A model generated the notes under the pieces. It searched no databases. It saw nothing but the letters and a program-made list of their open reading frames with translations, and had not been told where the DNA came from. Both the position numbers and the translations under genes were made by a program. DNA of 64,000 nucleotides from an uncultured Gemmataceae bacterium (GTDB lineage: Bacteria; Planctomycetota; Planctomycetia; Gemmatales; Gemmataceae). The stretch covers positions 1,248,001 to 1,312,000 of the forward strand of contig CAVVPN010000004.1 of NCBI GenBank assembly GCA_963750165.1, written 5' to 3'. This document shows positions 7,842-17,970 of the stretch, piece by piece. Position 1 is the stretch's first letter; every line of letters starts with the position of its first letter.

Positions 7842-9350
7842 TTATGCCCGCGGCTTCGGGCCGGGCACCTCGAAGACCACCGCACCCCACGCCGGCAGGT
7901 CCACCAGCAGGCCGCGCGTCTGCAGTTCGCTGTCCGGCTGATAGACCATGCCGGTCAACAGCTCGCGCCACGGCTTGCCGCCCACGTCGGTCCAGGGCGA
8001 CGCCACGTATCCCTTGCCCGGCTCCGCCGCGTAGTTGACGGCCGCCAGCAACCGCCGGCCTGCACCCTCCCAGCAGAACGCCACCAGCTGGTTGAACGAC
8101 CGGTTCTCCGGCCACACCGGCGCCGCCTCCAGCAGTCGCCAGTTACCGCAGCGCACCTCCGGCCGCCGCAGCAACTCCAGCACGCGCCGGTAAATCGCCT
8201 CGACCTCCGGGTCCGGCGCCTCCGGTGGGCGGCGCCGCACGTGCAGCGACGCCTTCCGTCGCCGACCCTCCAGTTCGCCCTCGTGGAAGAAGCGCATCCC
8301 CGGCACCAGAAACGTCAGCAGCGCCGCCGCCTGGTGCGCCGCCGGCGTATACAGCGTCGCGACCCGCGGCTCGTCGTGGTTCTCCAGGAAGCGGACGCTG
8401 CGCCGCTGGAATTCCGGATCCGCGTGCAGGTGGCCGCGCACCGCCGCCGGGTCGCGGGCTGCAAGCCGGTCGTAGTGCCGCTTGTCGTAAGTGTAGTCGA
8501 AGCCGCGCTGTTGCAGCGTCCACTCCATGTCCCAGTACACCTCTGCCACGAACAGAAACTTCGGTGCGTACTGCAACACCCGACTGATGGCCTCGGGCCA
8601 GAACGGCGTGTCCACCGGCGGCGAGCCATCGCGCGGCCGCGAACGCTCGCCCCAGATTTGCAGGATGATCTCTGTTAACAGCAGCATCGCCATGTCGCAG
8701 CGAACGCCGTCGCACAGGTCCATCAGTTTCGTCAGCTCCTCCATCATCGCCTCGCGCAACACGGCATGGCGGTAGTTGAGCTGCAGCGTGTCCTGCCAGG
8801 CCGGGAAGTACGGATCACGGCCGTGGGCGATCACCACCGGGCCGCGCTGTGACATCACCAACCGGTAGTTGTCCGGCTCGCGCTGCAGGTCGGCCTGGTC
8901 GCCCAGGATGTAATACTCTGGATATTCCGTGGCCCAGCGGTGATCGACCGCGGTGTGGTTGCCCACGAAGTCCAGCAACAACCGTACACCACGCTTCGCC
9001 AGTCGATCGCGGAACGCTTGCAGCGCCGCGTTGCCGCCGAAGTCGGTGTGGACGGTGTAGCTCCGCACGGCGAACGGCGAGCCGCACACGTCGTCGTCGG
9101 TGAAGTTCGGCAGGGCAGCCTGCATGTCGCGCCACCACTCGGGATGGCTCAGCGACACTTTGCGGCCCGCCGGCCCCGTCTGCCAGATGCCGAGCAGATA
9201 CACCCAGTCGAAGCCGCGCGCCGCGACCTGGTCGAGGTAGGCGTCCGGCACGTCGGCCAGGGTGGCGGGCCGGCCGCACTGCTGGGCCAGGTCCGCCAGC
9301 CAGACGCGGGTGTTGATTTCCAGGAGCGCTGGGTAGGGAGCGTTCGCCAT
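7842..9350 (-). CDS. Alpha-amylase family (GH13) glycoside hydrolase
   Basis: LDFVGNH, DGVRCDMAM (nucleophile), AEVYWD (acid/base) and FLENHDE conserved regions; GAG-type RBS before ATG 9350. Confidence 0.9.
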   Translation of the reverse strand: MANAPYPALLEINTRVWLADLAQQCGRPATLADVPDAYLDQVAARGFDWVYLLGIWQTGPAGRKVSLSHPEWWRDMQAALPNFTDDDVCGSPFAVRSYTVHTDFGGNAALQAFRDRLAKRGVRLLLDFVGNHTAVDHRWATEYPEYYILGDQADLQREPDNYRLVMSQRGPVVIAHGRDPYFPAWQDTLQLNYRHAVLREAMMEELTKLMDLCDGVRCDMAMLLLTEIILQIWGERSRPRDGSPPVDTPFWPEAISRVLQYAPKFLFVAEVYWDMEWTLQQRGFDYTYDKRHYDRLAARDPAAVRGHLHADPEFQRRSVRFLENHDEPRVATLYTPAAHQAAALLTFLVPGMRFFHEGELEGRRRKASLHVRRRPPEAPDPEVEAIYRRVLELLRRPEVRCGNWRLLEAAPVWPENRSFNQLVAFCWEGAGRRLLAAVNYAAEPGKGYVASPWTDVGGKPWRELLTGMVYQPDSELQTRGLLVDLPAWGAVVFEVPGPKPRA

Positions 9351-9639
9351 GTGCTCGCCGCGGCGTACCGGGGGACCGCGGCCCTTTCGCCTCATCGGTG
9401 TGTATGGTCGCGCCGCGGCGGTTCGCCGCGACGGCCTCAAATTCCGTCTGCGCGGTACTATATGGCTGCCACGTCGGGAAGCAATCAGTCGCACCGCGGC
9501 CAGGCTCAGGTGTTCAATGGATCGTGAACGGCACACGCTTTGCCCCTGGAGGAGATGAAGCAACAAATGGGGAGCGCCTGGAGCGGCCCCAACCGAACCC
9601 AACCACTCACGAGGGGTGGCATCATGAACTCCGAAACGA

Positions 9640-10041
9640 GTGGCCCTCCGGCGTGCGCCGCGGCGGGTTCTGATCGTTGAGGATAACCCTGACTGCCGGG
9701 AATCCCTGCGTATCTTGCTGACGCTGATGGGCTACCGGGTGGAGACGGCCGCGGATGGGTTGGAGGGGGTGCGCCAGGGCCTGGCGTCGCCCCCGGATGT
9801 GGCGGTGGTGGATCTGGGGCTGCCCGGGCTGGACGGTTTCACGGTCGGCCGGCGGCTGCGCGAGGCGCTGGGGCCGGGCCTGGCCCTGATCGCCCTGACG
9901 GGCTACGGCGACCCGGAGACGACGCGTGCGGTGGCCGCGGCGGGTTTCGACGAACACCTGGTCAAGCCGCTGAAACTGGATCGGCTGGCGCCGTGGCTGG
10001 AGGGACGGGCGGACAACCGCGCAACATTGAGAACTGAATAG
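9640..10041 (+). CDS. Single-domain response regulator (receiver)
   Basis: VLIVEDN, VAVVDLGLPGLDG (phospho-Asp), ALTGY and LVKP. Confidence 0.9.
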   Translation: MALRRAPRRVLIVEDNPDCRESLRILLTLMGYRVETAADGLEGVRQGLASPPDVAVVDLGLPGLDGFTVGRRLREALGPGLALIALTGYGDPETTRAVAAAGFDEHLVKPLKLDRLAPWLEGRADNRATLRTE

Positions 10042-10062
10042 AGCCCTGTGCGGGCAACCGAT

Positions 10063-11304
10063 TCACGATTTCAAGATTTGCTGATCGAGCCACCCGCGCA
10101 GATCCTCGTCGCTGAGGCGCGTCGGCAGTTCGCAGCCGTGGACCCAACCGCCCGATTCGGGCTGCAGGCGAACCACCTTGACCAGCAGTGTCCGGGGGCC
10201 ATGCGTCAGCGGTTCGATCACCAGCAGCGTGCCTGAGGGAAACGGCGTCTCCAGGAACAGCCCGACACCTGCTTCCGACAGATCACGGACGGTGACGAAC
10301 ACCTCCTCCGCCTCGCCCTCCAGGCGGGCAAATGCCGGCCGATTGCACAGCACCCGACCACAGGCGCGCCGCTCCACATGGACCGTGGCGGTGCCCACCT
10401 GGCCCTGGGCCTCGCGCTCAACGGCGTGAATCAGGCGCGCCTTGCCCTGCCGCTTGGCCCGGTACATCAGCGCATCGACCCGTTGGACCATCACGTCCAC
10501 CTCCCAGGCCGGCCGCAGATACGTGATCGCGCCGATACTGATCGTCACCGGCCAGCCGTGCCGGGCCATCTCCTCGGCCAGGGTCGTCTGCACGCGCGTC
10601 AGCAGCACCACCGCACCGGGGCCGTCGGTCTCGGGCAGCAGCAGGCCGAATTCATCGCCGCCCAGTCGGGCCAGCAAGTCCGAAGACCGCAGGTGAGCCC
10701 GGGCCGTGCGCACCACGTGTAGCAGCGCCGCATCGCCGGCGGCGTGGCCCAGGCGGTCGTTCAGCTGCTTGAAGTTGTCCAGGTCGAGGTAGGCCAGCGT
10801 CAGCGGCCGGTCGGCACGAAAAGCCCGCTCCGCCTCGACAGCGGCGGTCTCGTAGAAGGTGCGGGCGTTGGCGGCGCCGGTGAGCGCGTCCGTCCGCGCC
10901 AGCCGATGCTCACGGAGCATGCCGGTGCGCAGCCGCGATACCAGGCTGGAGACCAGCACCAGCGTGGCGAAGCGCGTCAGGCCGTTCCAGCAGGCGATGT
11001 GGTTCGGCAGCGCCGGGTTTCCCAGCACATCGACCAGGTGCCAGGCGACCGAGCCGGCCAGCGCCAGCAAGATGCCGTGGGGGAACCCGCTCCACCAGGC
11101 GCAGCCCACCACCGGGATCAGGTAAAAGATGGTGAATGAGAGTTGCGGCCCCGTATGCCAGTCCAGCACGCCGATGAGCACGACCAGGAGCAGGCCGCCC
11201 AGGACCAGGCCGCCCTCCCGCAGGCCAGCGAGCAGCCGCGCCGCCCGCTGCGCTGGCGGGTTGCTGGCGGACACGACGGGCGGGGACGGGATAGTGGGCA
11301 TCAT
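10063..11304 (-). CDS. Membrane diguanylate cyclase (GGDEF) with C-terminal PilZ domain
   Basis: About four TM segments, DALTG, DLDNFKQLND, RSSD I-site and RLGGDEF; then ERRACGR (RxxxR) and DLSEAG (DxSxxG). Confidence 0.9.
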   Translation of the reverse strand: MMPTIPSPPVVSASNPPAQRAARLLAGLREGGLVLGGLLLVVLIGVLDWHTGPQLSFTIFYLIPVVGCAWWSGFPHGILLALAGSVAWHLVDVLGNPALPNHIACWNGLTRFATLVLVSSLVSRLRTGMLREHRLARTDALTGAANARTFYETAAVEAERAFRADRPLTLAYLDLDNFKQLNDRLGHAAGDAALLHVVRTARAHLRSSDLLARLGGDEFGLLLPETDGPGAVVLLTRVQTTLAEEMARHGWPVTISIGAITYLRPAWEVDVMVQRVDALMYRAKRQGKARLIHAVEREAQGQVGTATVHVERRACGRVLCNRPAFARLEGEAEEVFVTVRDLSEAGVGLFLETPFPSGTLLVIEPLTHGPRTLLVKVVRLQPESGGWVHGCELPTRLSDEDLRGWLDQQILKS

Positions 11305-11448
11305 GGGCTCACAGGGGTCAGGGAATGAACTCAGGCCACGGGCGCAAAATTCCTCATAACGGTATATACTTCACAACCGGCCTGCGGGTGTCCGATTCTG
11401 CCGCGGCATTCCCCCTTTTCGCAAAAACCCGCCACGCCTGGTTTGTGA

Positions 11449-11507
11449 TCGGAGCCCGAGCGCCAGCGCGGGGCCAGCGCTGCCCCGCGCTGGCGCTCGG
11501 GCTCCGA
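11449..11507. repeat. REP-like palindrome family A
   Basis: GGAGCCCGAGCGCCAGCGCGGGGC...GCCCCGCGCTGGCGCTCGGGCTCC in the divergent intergenic region. Confidence 0.85.
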
Positions 11508-11559
11508 CCTCCCACGACAATTCAAGGCGCCGCCGCTGGACGGATTCCTGTTTCCTGTT

Positions 11560-11588
11560 TTGACCGGGGTACAAACTCGCGGTATGCT
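11560..11588 (+). promoter_or_regulatory. Candidate sigma70-type promoter for the kinase-PilZ gene
   Basis: TTGACC-N17-TATGCT, about 20 nt upstream of GTG 11609. Confidence 0.45.
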
Positions 11589-11608
11589 TCAAAAGACGCC
11601 CAAACTCC

Positions 11609-12891
11609 GTGACCGTCGCGACAGGGCAGGACGGTCACCCGTACCGGAGAATTGTTAGCGTGAACATGGGGCCATACGAACTGCTTGAGCAGATCGGACG
11701 CGGCGGCATGGGCAGCGTCTATCGGAGCCGGCACCGCCAGACCGGCCAGGTGGTCGCCGTCAAGGTCATGACCACCGAGGCTGCCAGCGACCGCGTGCTG
11801 CTGCAACGCTTCGAGCAGGAGTTTCGTGTGGCGGCCCGCCTGGACCACCCGCATATCGTTCGCGGTCTGGACTTCGGCGTGGAGGCCGGCCAACCCTACC
11901 TGGTAATGGAATACGTCCAGGGCCAGAACCTGACCCAGCGCGTCAAGGAACTGGGGCCGTGCCCGCAGGCCCTGGCGCTGCGATTGTTCCTGCAGCTCGC
12001 CGACGCCCTGGACACGGCCCACTGCCATCAGCTGATCCACCGCGACGTCAAGCCCGAGAACATCCTGCTGACGCCGGACGGTCGGGCCAAGCTCGGCGAC
12101 CTCGGGCTCATCAAGGACCTCGGCAGCGAGGAGGCGAACGTCACGCGGTCGCGGACCTGCCTGGGCACGCTCGTCTTCATGTCCCCCGAGCAATTCGAGG
12201 ACGCCAAGCGCGCCACCGCCCGCTCGGACATCTACAGCCTGGCGGCGACGCTGTACTACGCCCTGACCGGCCTGATGCCGTTCCAGGGCCGCGGCCAGTT
12301 AACCATTTTGAAGAAGAAGCTGCAGAGCGATTTTGTGCCGCCGGCGCGGGCGGTCCCGGACCTGCACCCGTTGGTGGATGCGATGATCTGCCGCGCCCTG
12401 GACCCGCGCCGAAGAAGCGGCCGGCGTCGTGCGAGGAGTTCGCGGCGCCGCTGCGCGAGGCCCTGCAGACCTGCGCGCCGACGGTGCGCGTGACGGCCGC
12501 CCCGGTCGCGCCGCCGCCGACGGAGGAGCGGCGGGGGAACCCGCGCTTCAAGTCGGAGCAGGAAGCGTCCTGCCGGCCCGTCCAGCAGAGCACCGCTTTG
12601 CCCTGGACCGCCACCATTGAGGATGCCTCGCTCACGGGCCTGCGGCTGCACATCAGCCGGCGCTTCGAGGCGGGCACGGTCCTGATCATTGAGGTCGCGG
12701 ACGCGAACACGGCGGCGGTCGCGCAATGGCTCGCGCGGGTGTGCTGGGTGCGCGAGGTCGGTCCCAACCAGTGGGGGGTCGGCTGCCTCTTCAACCGCAC
12801 GCTGACCGAGCACGAGTTGAATCAGCTGCTGGGCGGCACCTCCACGGTGGTCACGGCGCCGTCGTCGTCGGCGAACCCGCAAGCGCACTGA
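11609..12891 (+). CDS. Ser/Thr protein kinase with C-terminal PilZ domain; frameshift near 12405
   Basis: IGRGGMG, VAVK, HRDVKPEN, DLG and MSPEQ. The alternate frame continues PKKRPASCEEF (end of kinase) into ERRGNPR and DASLTG (PilZ motifs). The start could also be 11660 or 11666. Confidence 0.85.
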
Positions 12892-12902
12892 CGCCACCGC
12901 CG

Positions 12903-13562
12903 TTACGGCTTGCTGGTGCGGTACGTCGCCAGACTGAGCGTCGGCCGCTCGCGGAACTGCTTGCAGCCCGAACACTCCACCGTCCGCTCCCACTGCGCCA
13001 CCTCCTCCGCCTCGGTGAGTTGCCGCACGAACTCCGCGTAGCGCTCGGACGCCTTGCCGTTGAAGAAAATGAGTTGAATGGTGCCGTCACCGCCGACGTG
13101 GAAGCGCAGGCTGTAGGGCCGGAGCAATTCAACGCGCCGCGCCCGCACGCGCGACTCGGACCACCAGCCGGCGCCGGCGTGGGCCAGCACCTCAACGCGA
13201 TCCAGCAGGACGGTGACCAGCAGGCGGAACTCGCGGATGCTCTCGCCATCGACGGGCAGGGGCGGGGCCTGGCCGCGGACGGTGCGACCCTCGACCCTGC
13301 CGCCCTGGTTCCAGGCGGCGATCCAGGCGTTGAGGCGACCCTGCCAGTCGGGCCGGGCATGGGCGGTGCGGACGAGGATGACCGGATCCTGATTGACCAG
13401 GGCCGATTCCAGCAGCGCATCGAAGGCGTCGGTGTCGGCGTAGTCCAGGGTGGTGGCGGCGAGTTCGGACGGCGGCGCTTCGCGGTAGGGGCGGGGCGGC
13501 TCGTGGCGACAGCTGAGCACGGCCGCCAGGGCCAGGGCGAACAACGGCGTGGCGCGCTTCAT
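12903..13562 (-). CDS. Hypothetical lipoprotein
   Basis: MKRATPLFALALAAVLSC lipobox. Family not recognised. Confidence 0.65.
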   Translation of the reverse strand: MKRATPLFALALAAVLSCRHEPPRPYREAPPSELAATTLDYADTDAFDALLESALVNQDPVILVRTAHARPDWQGRLNAWIAAWNQGGRVEGRTVRGQAPPLPVDGESIREFRLLVTVLLDRVEVLAHAGAGWWSESRVRARRVELLRPYSLRFHVGGDGTIQLIFFNGKASERYAEFVRQLTEAEEVAQWERTVECSGCKQFRERPTLSLATYRTSKP

Positions 13563-13810
13563 GGCCGGAGTCCCATTCGAGGTTTCCGTCAACTTGTTTC
13601 GGGGGGTGGGCTTATCGCACAGCGCCGATGGCGCGTCAAGATCGCTTCGCGGTGTCCGTGGTCCGTTACAAAGAAGCTGGGAAGTCCTCGGTGATTACCG
13701 GGACTGGAACCCTGCTGGCAACGGACCACGGACAACACTACCTTGATTCGCGACGGCCGCCCGACCTACAATGCCACAGTCATCACTGCCCCCAACCCGA
13801 GGCGCCGCCG

Positions 13811-14836
13811 ATGCCGATTATCGAGGCCCACAACCTCACCAAAACCTACCGCGTCTATCAAAAGAAGGATGGGTTCCTGGGGGCGCTGCGCGGTCTCGTG
13901 CGCCGCCAGTACAAGGAAGTGCGCGCCGTCGAACACGTCAGCTTCAGCATCGAACCCGGCGACATGGTCGCGTTCCTCGGCCCGAACGGCGCCGGCAAGA
14001 CCACGACGCTGAAAATGCTCTCCGGCCTTATCTACCCGACTGCCGGCAGCGCTCAGGTGCTCGGCTTCGTGCCGTGGGAGCGGCAGGACGCCTTCCGTCG
14101 TCGCTTCGCCCTGGTCATGGGGCAGAAGAATCAGCTGTGGTGGGACCTGCCCGCCGCCGACAGCTTTCAACTGCACCGCGAAATCTACTCACTCTCCCTG
14201 GCCGACTTCACGCGCACCCTCGGCGATCTGACCGAACTGTTTGACGTGAAGGAACTGACGCGCCAGCCGGTGCGCGAGCTGTCGCTGGGCGAGCGCATGA
14301 AGATGGAGTTGATCGCGGCGCTGCTGCATCAACCGCAATTGCTGCTGCTCGACGAGCCGACCATCGGCCTGGACGTGCTGGCGCAGGTAAAAATCCAGAA
14401 GTGCCTGAAGGAATACAACGCCCAGCGCGGCGTCACCATGCTGCTGACGAGCCATTACATGCGCGACGTGGAGGCGCTGTGCTCGCGTGTGCTGGTCATC
14501 ACGCACGGCAAGGTCGTTTACGACGGGCCGCTGGCGCGGATCATCGAGCAGTTCGGCAGCGCCAAGCTGGTCAAGCTGCAGTTCGACGGCGCGACGACGC
14601 CCGACGGCCTGGAGCGCTTCGGCGAGGTGACGCGCCGCGAGGGCCCGGCTGCGGATTTGAAGGTGGACCGCAACCGCGTCGCGGACGTGCTGGGCGCCAT
14701 TTTGAACCAGTACACCGTCGTGGACATGAGCGTGCAGGACCCGCCGCTCGACCAGGTGATCGCCCGTGTTTTTGAAGAAAGTCGAGCCCAGCATGAGTCC
14801 GAGCAACGCGCTGAGCTTGAGCGGCAGCCCGCTTAG
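13811..14836 (+). CDS. ABC transporter ATP-binding protein
   Basis: GPNGAGKTT, LSLGERM, LLLDEPTIGLD and TSH. Confidence 0.95.
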   Translation: MPIIEAHNLTKTYRVYQKKDGFLGALRGLVRRQYKEVRAVEHVSFSIEPGDMVAFLGPNGAGKTTTLKMLSGLIYPTAGSAQVLGFVPWERQDAFRRRFALVMGQKNQLWWDLPAADSFQLHREIYSLSLADFTRTLGDLTELFDVKELTRQPVRELSLGERMKMELIAALLHQPQLLLLDEPTIGLDVLAQVKIQKCLKEYNAQRGVTMLLTSHYMRDVEALCSRVLVITHGKVVYDGPLARIIEQFGSAKLVKLQFDGATTPDGLERFGEVTRREGPAADLKVDRNRVADVLGAILNQYTVVDMSVQDPPLDQVIARVFEESRAQHESEQRAELERQPA

Positions 14837-15647
14837 GCGGTCGCTGCGCAAGTACTGGAACATCTTCCGCGCCGCCCTGGTCGAGCGCATGGCCTATCGC
14901 GGCGACTTCTTCCTGAGCACGCTGCTGCGCTTCCTGCCGCTGTTGACGACGCTGCTGCTCTGGCAGGCCGTCTACGCCAGCAACCCCGACAGCAAGCCGG
15001 GCGGCTTCGCGCTGGCGCAGATGATCGCGTATTTGCTGCTGGTGCAGATCAGCCGGCTGTTCTCCAGCATGCCGGGCCTGGCGCACGGCATCGCCCGCGA
15101 CATCCGTGATGGCTCGCTCAAGAAATATCTGCTGCAACCGATCAACATGCTGGCGTATCTGCTGTCGTACCGGCTGGCGCACAAGGCGGCCTACATCGTT
15201 ATGTCGGCGCTGCCGTACGCGCTGCTGTTCTTCCTGTGCCGGGACTATTTTACTACCTGGCAGCCGGTCGAAACCTATGTCGCCTACGCGGCGGCGCTGC
15301 TGCTTGGGTTTTTGATCGGTTTCTTCTTTGAAGCCAGCATCGGCATGATTGGCTTCTGGTTCCTGGAAGTGGGGTCGTTTCTCTACGTTGTGAACACGTT
15401 AAGTTTCTTCATCTCGGGTCATATGTTTCCGCTGGACCTGCTGCCGGAGCCGTGGGCGGATGTGCTGAAATGGCTGCCGTTCAAGTATCTGGCCTATTAC
15501 CCGGCGATGATCTTCCTGGGCAAAATCCAGGGGCCGGCGCTGGTGGAGGGGCTGTTGATCGAAACGGTGTGGGCGGCGGTGTTCATCGGACTGGCGTGTC
15601 TGCTGTACCGCGTCGGACTGCGGCGCTACAGCGCCTACGGGGGCTGA
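14793..15647 (+). CDS. ABC-2 type permease (DUF990-like)
   Basis: About six TM segments, AYRGDF, IRDGSLKKYLLQP and FPLDLLP; overlaps the ATPase gene. Confidence 0.85.
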   Translation: MSPSNALSLSGSPLRRSLRKYWNIFRAALVERMAYRGDFFLSTLLRFLPLLTTLLLWQAVYASNPDSKPGGFALAQMIAYLLLVQISRLFSSMPGLAHGIARDIRDGSLKKYLLQPINMLAYLLSYRLAHKAAYIVMSALPYALLFFLCRDYFTTWQPVETYVAYAAALLLGFLIGFFFEASIGMIGFWFLEVGSFLYVVNTLSFFISGHMFPLDLLPEPWADVLKWLPFKYLAYYPAMIFLGKIQGPALVEGLLIETVWAAVFIGLACLLYRVGLRRYSAYGG

Positions 15648-15651
15648 GGCG

Positions 15652-16466
15652 ATGGTGGGCACCCTGCGTTATTTGCGACTCTGGCTGGCGCTGTGCGCTT
15701 CGGCCTGGTGCGCGAGCTGGCCTTCCGCGCCAACTTCCTCGTCAAGGTATCGGTCGAGGTGATGTGGCTGGTCTTCCTGCTGATCTTCTATGAAACCATC
15801 TTCCGCTCGACGGCGGGCGCCGCAGTCGCGGGCTGGGCGGAACCGCAGTACATGTTCTTCGTCGGCTGTTACTTCGCGCTGGAGGGGTTGATTGAAACGC
15901 TGTTCATGAGCAACTGCGGCGAGTTCGCCGATTTGATCCGCAGCGGTGACCTCGACTTCGTGCTGCTGCAGCCGATCGACGAGCAGTTCCTGGTCAGCTG
16001 CCGCTACCTGGACTGGACCACCGTGCCCAACGTCTTCATGGGCGCTGGCGTCATGATCTACGGTCTGGTGAACATGGGCTGGCAGTTCGACGCCGGACGG
16101 GTCGCGCTGTTCCTGGTGATGTTCACCTGCGGTGTGGCACTGGCGTACAGTTTTTTGTTGCTGTTAACCTCGTCGTCGGTGTGGCTGGTGCGCAATCAGA
16201 GCCTGTACGAACTGTGGTGGCTGTTCACGACGCTGATGCGCTATCCACGCGAGATTTTCGAGCGCTCGTGGGCCATGCCGCTGGGCCGGCTGTTCACCTT
16301 CGTCATCCCGATCATGCTGATCGTCAACGTGCCGGCGAACGTCATGGTGGGGGTGCTGGAGCCGGGCTTCGTGGCGCTGGCGTTCGGCTTCACCGTGGTG
16401 CTGGTGGTGCTCAGCCGCAAGGTGTTCCGGGCGGCGCTGCGGCGCTACCGCAGCGCGAGCAGTTAA
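15652..16466 (+). CDS. ABC-2 type permease (DUF990-like); frameshift near 15692
   Basis: MVGTLRYLRLWLAL joins RFGLVRELAFRANF...IRSGDLDFVLLQP...RYRSASS across a 1-nt shift. Confidence 0.85.
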
Positions 16467-16560
16467 ATCTGATTGTACTGGCAACCGCACCCGCATCGGA
16501 TATACTTCTTTTACCCTCCCACCGTTGCCCCCCTGCGCTCATGCCTTGAGGAGAACCGCC

Positions 16561-17948
16561 GTGACCCCCACCCCGCACCACCGACACACCGCCGGCATCC
16601 ACCGCCGTGAATTCCTGCAAGTCGGCTACTCCGCCGCGCTCGGCGTCGGCCTGTCCGCGCTGGCTTCACCACGGGCGGAGGGCGGGGCGCGCAGCCGAAC
16701 CGCCGGCAAAAGTCCGTTCTCATTATCTGGCTCACCGGCGGCCCCAGCCATCACGACACCTTCGACCCGAAGCCAGACGCGCCGGCCAACATTCGCGGTG
16801 ATTTCCGGCCGATGGCGACGCGCGTGCCCGGCCTGCAAATCTGCGAGCACCTGCCACGACTGGCGGCGCGGGCCGACAGGTACGCGCTGGTGCGCACCCT
16901 GTCGCACCGGGACAACAACCATCTGATGTCCACGCACCACCTGCTGACGGGCCACTTCCAGCCGGGGGCGTTCTTCGACAAGGTGGCCTCGCGCGACGAC
17001 TGGCCGAACTACTCCGGCGGCCTGGACTACCTGCGGCCGCGCTCCGACGGCCTGCCGACCGGCGTCAACCTGGCGACCTTCCTCATGGAAGGCCCGCTGA
17101 CCTGGCCGGGCCAGCACGCCGGCTTTCTGGGGCCGCGGCACGACCCCTGGCAGATCAGCCGCGACCCGAACCTGCCCGGCTTCGGCATGGACAGTCTGCG
17201 GCCGGCCGAGGGCATCGACGTGACCCGGCTCAACGACCGTCGGGCGCTGCTGGCGGAGGTGGACCGGCAGCGGGCAGCGCTGGCGGCCACGGCGGAGTCG
17301 CGGCGGCTGAGCGATCAACAGAACCTGGCGTTTTCGGTCCTGACCTCGGGCCGGGTGGCGCGGGCCTTCGCCATCGACCAGGAGCCCGCCGCGATCCGCG
17401 ACCGCTACGGCCGCCACCTGTTCGGCCAGTCGCTGCTGCTGGCGCGACGGTTGGTGCAGGCCGGCGTGCCCGTGGTCCAGGCGAACATGGGTCGCGTCCA
17501 GAACTGGGACTCGCACGGCAACATTTTCGGCACGCTGCGCAACCGTCTGCTGCCGCCGCTGGACCAGGGCGTCAGCGCCCTGCTCGACGACCTGGAGGCG
17601 ACCGGGCTGCTCGACGAAACCTTCGTGATGCTACTGGGCGAGTTCGGCCGCACGCCGCGGATCAACGGCACCTCGCCGACGGCGGTGCCCGGCCGCGATC
17701 ACTGGGGGCCGTGCTTCTTCGGCCTGTTCGCCGGCGGCGGCGTCCGCGGCGGCCAGGTCATCGGCCGCTCGGATCGCATCGGCGCTTACCCCGCCACGAC
17801 GCCGTATGCGCCGGATGATGTCGGCGCGACGGTGTACCATGTCCTGGGCGTCAACCCCACCGCCGAGGTGCGCGATCGGCAGGGCCGGCCGGTGCAGCTC
17901 AACCGCGGTGAGGTGATCCGGCCGCTGTTTACGGGGCGGGCCGGGTGA
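16561..17948 (+). CDS. DUF1501 domain protein (Tat-like signal); frameshift near 16705
   Basis: GAGGAG RBS, GTG start and RREFL; then IWLTGGPSHHDTFDPKP, WDSH, GEFGRTP and GRDHW. Confidence 0.9.
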
Positions 17949-17970
17949 GCGCGCGAACCACGGGGGCACC

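Noticed and set aside
12395..12420. Programmed ribosomal frameshift producing kinase versus kinase-PilZ isoforms
   Set aside because: There is no slippery heptamer, the shift falls before the end of the kinase fold, and similar indels occur throughout the window.
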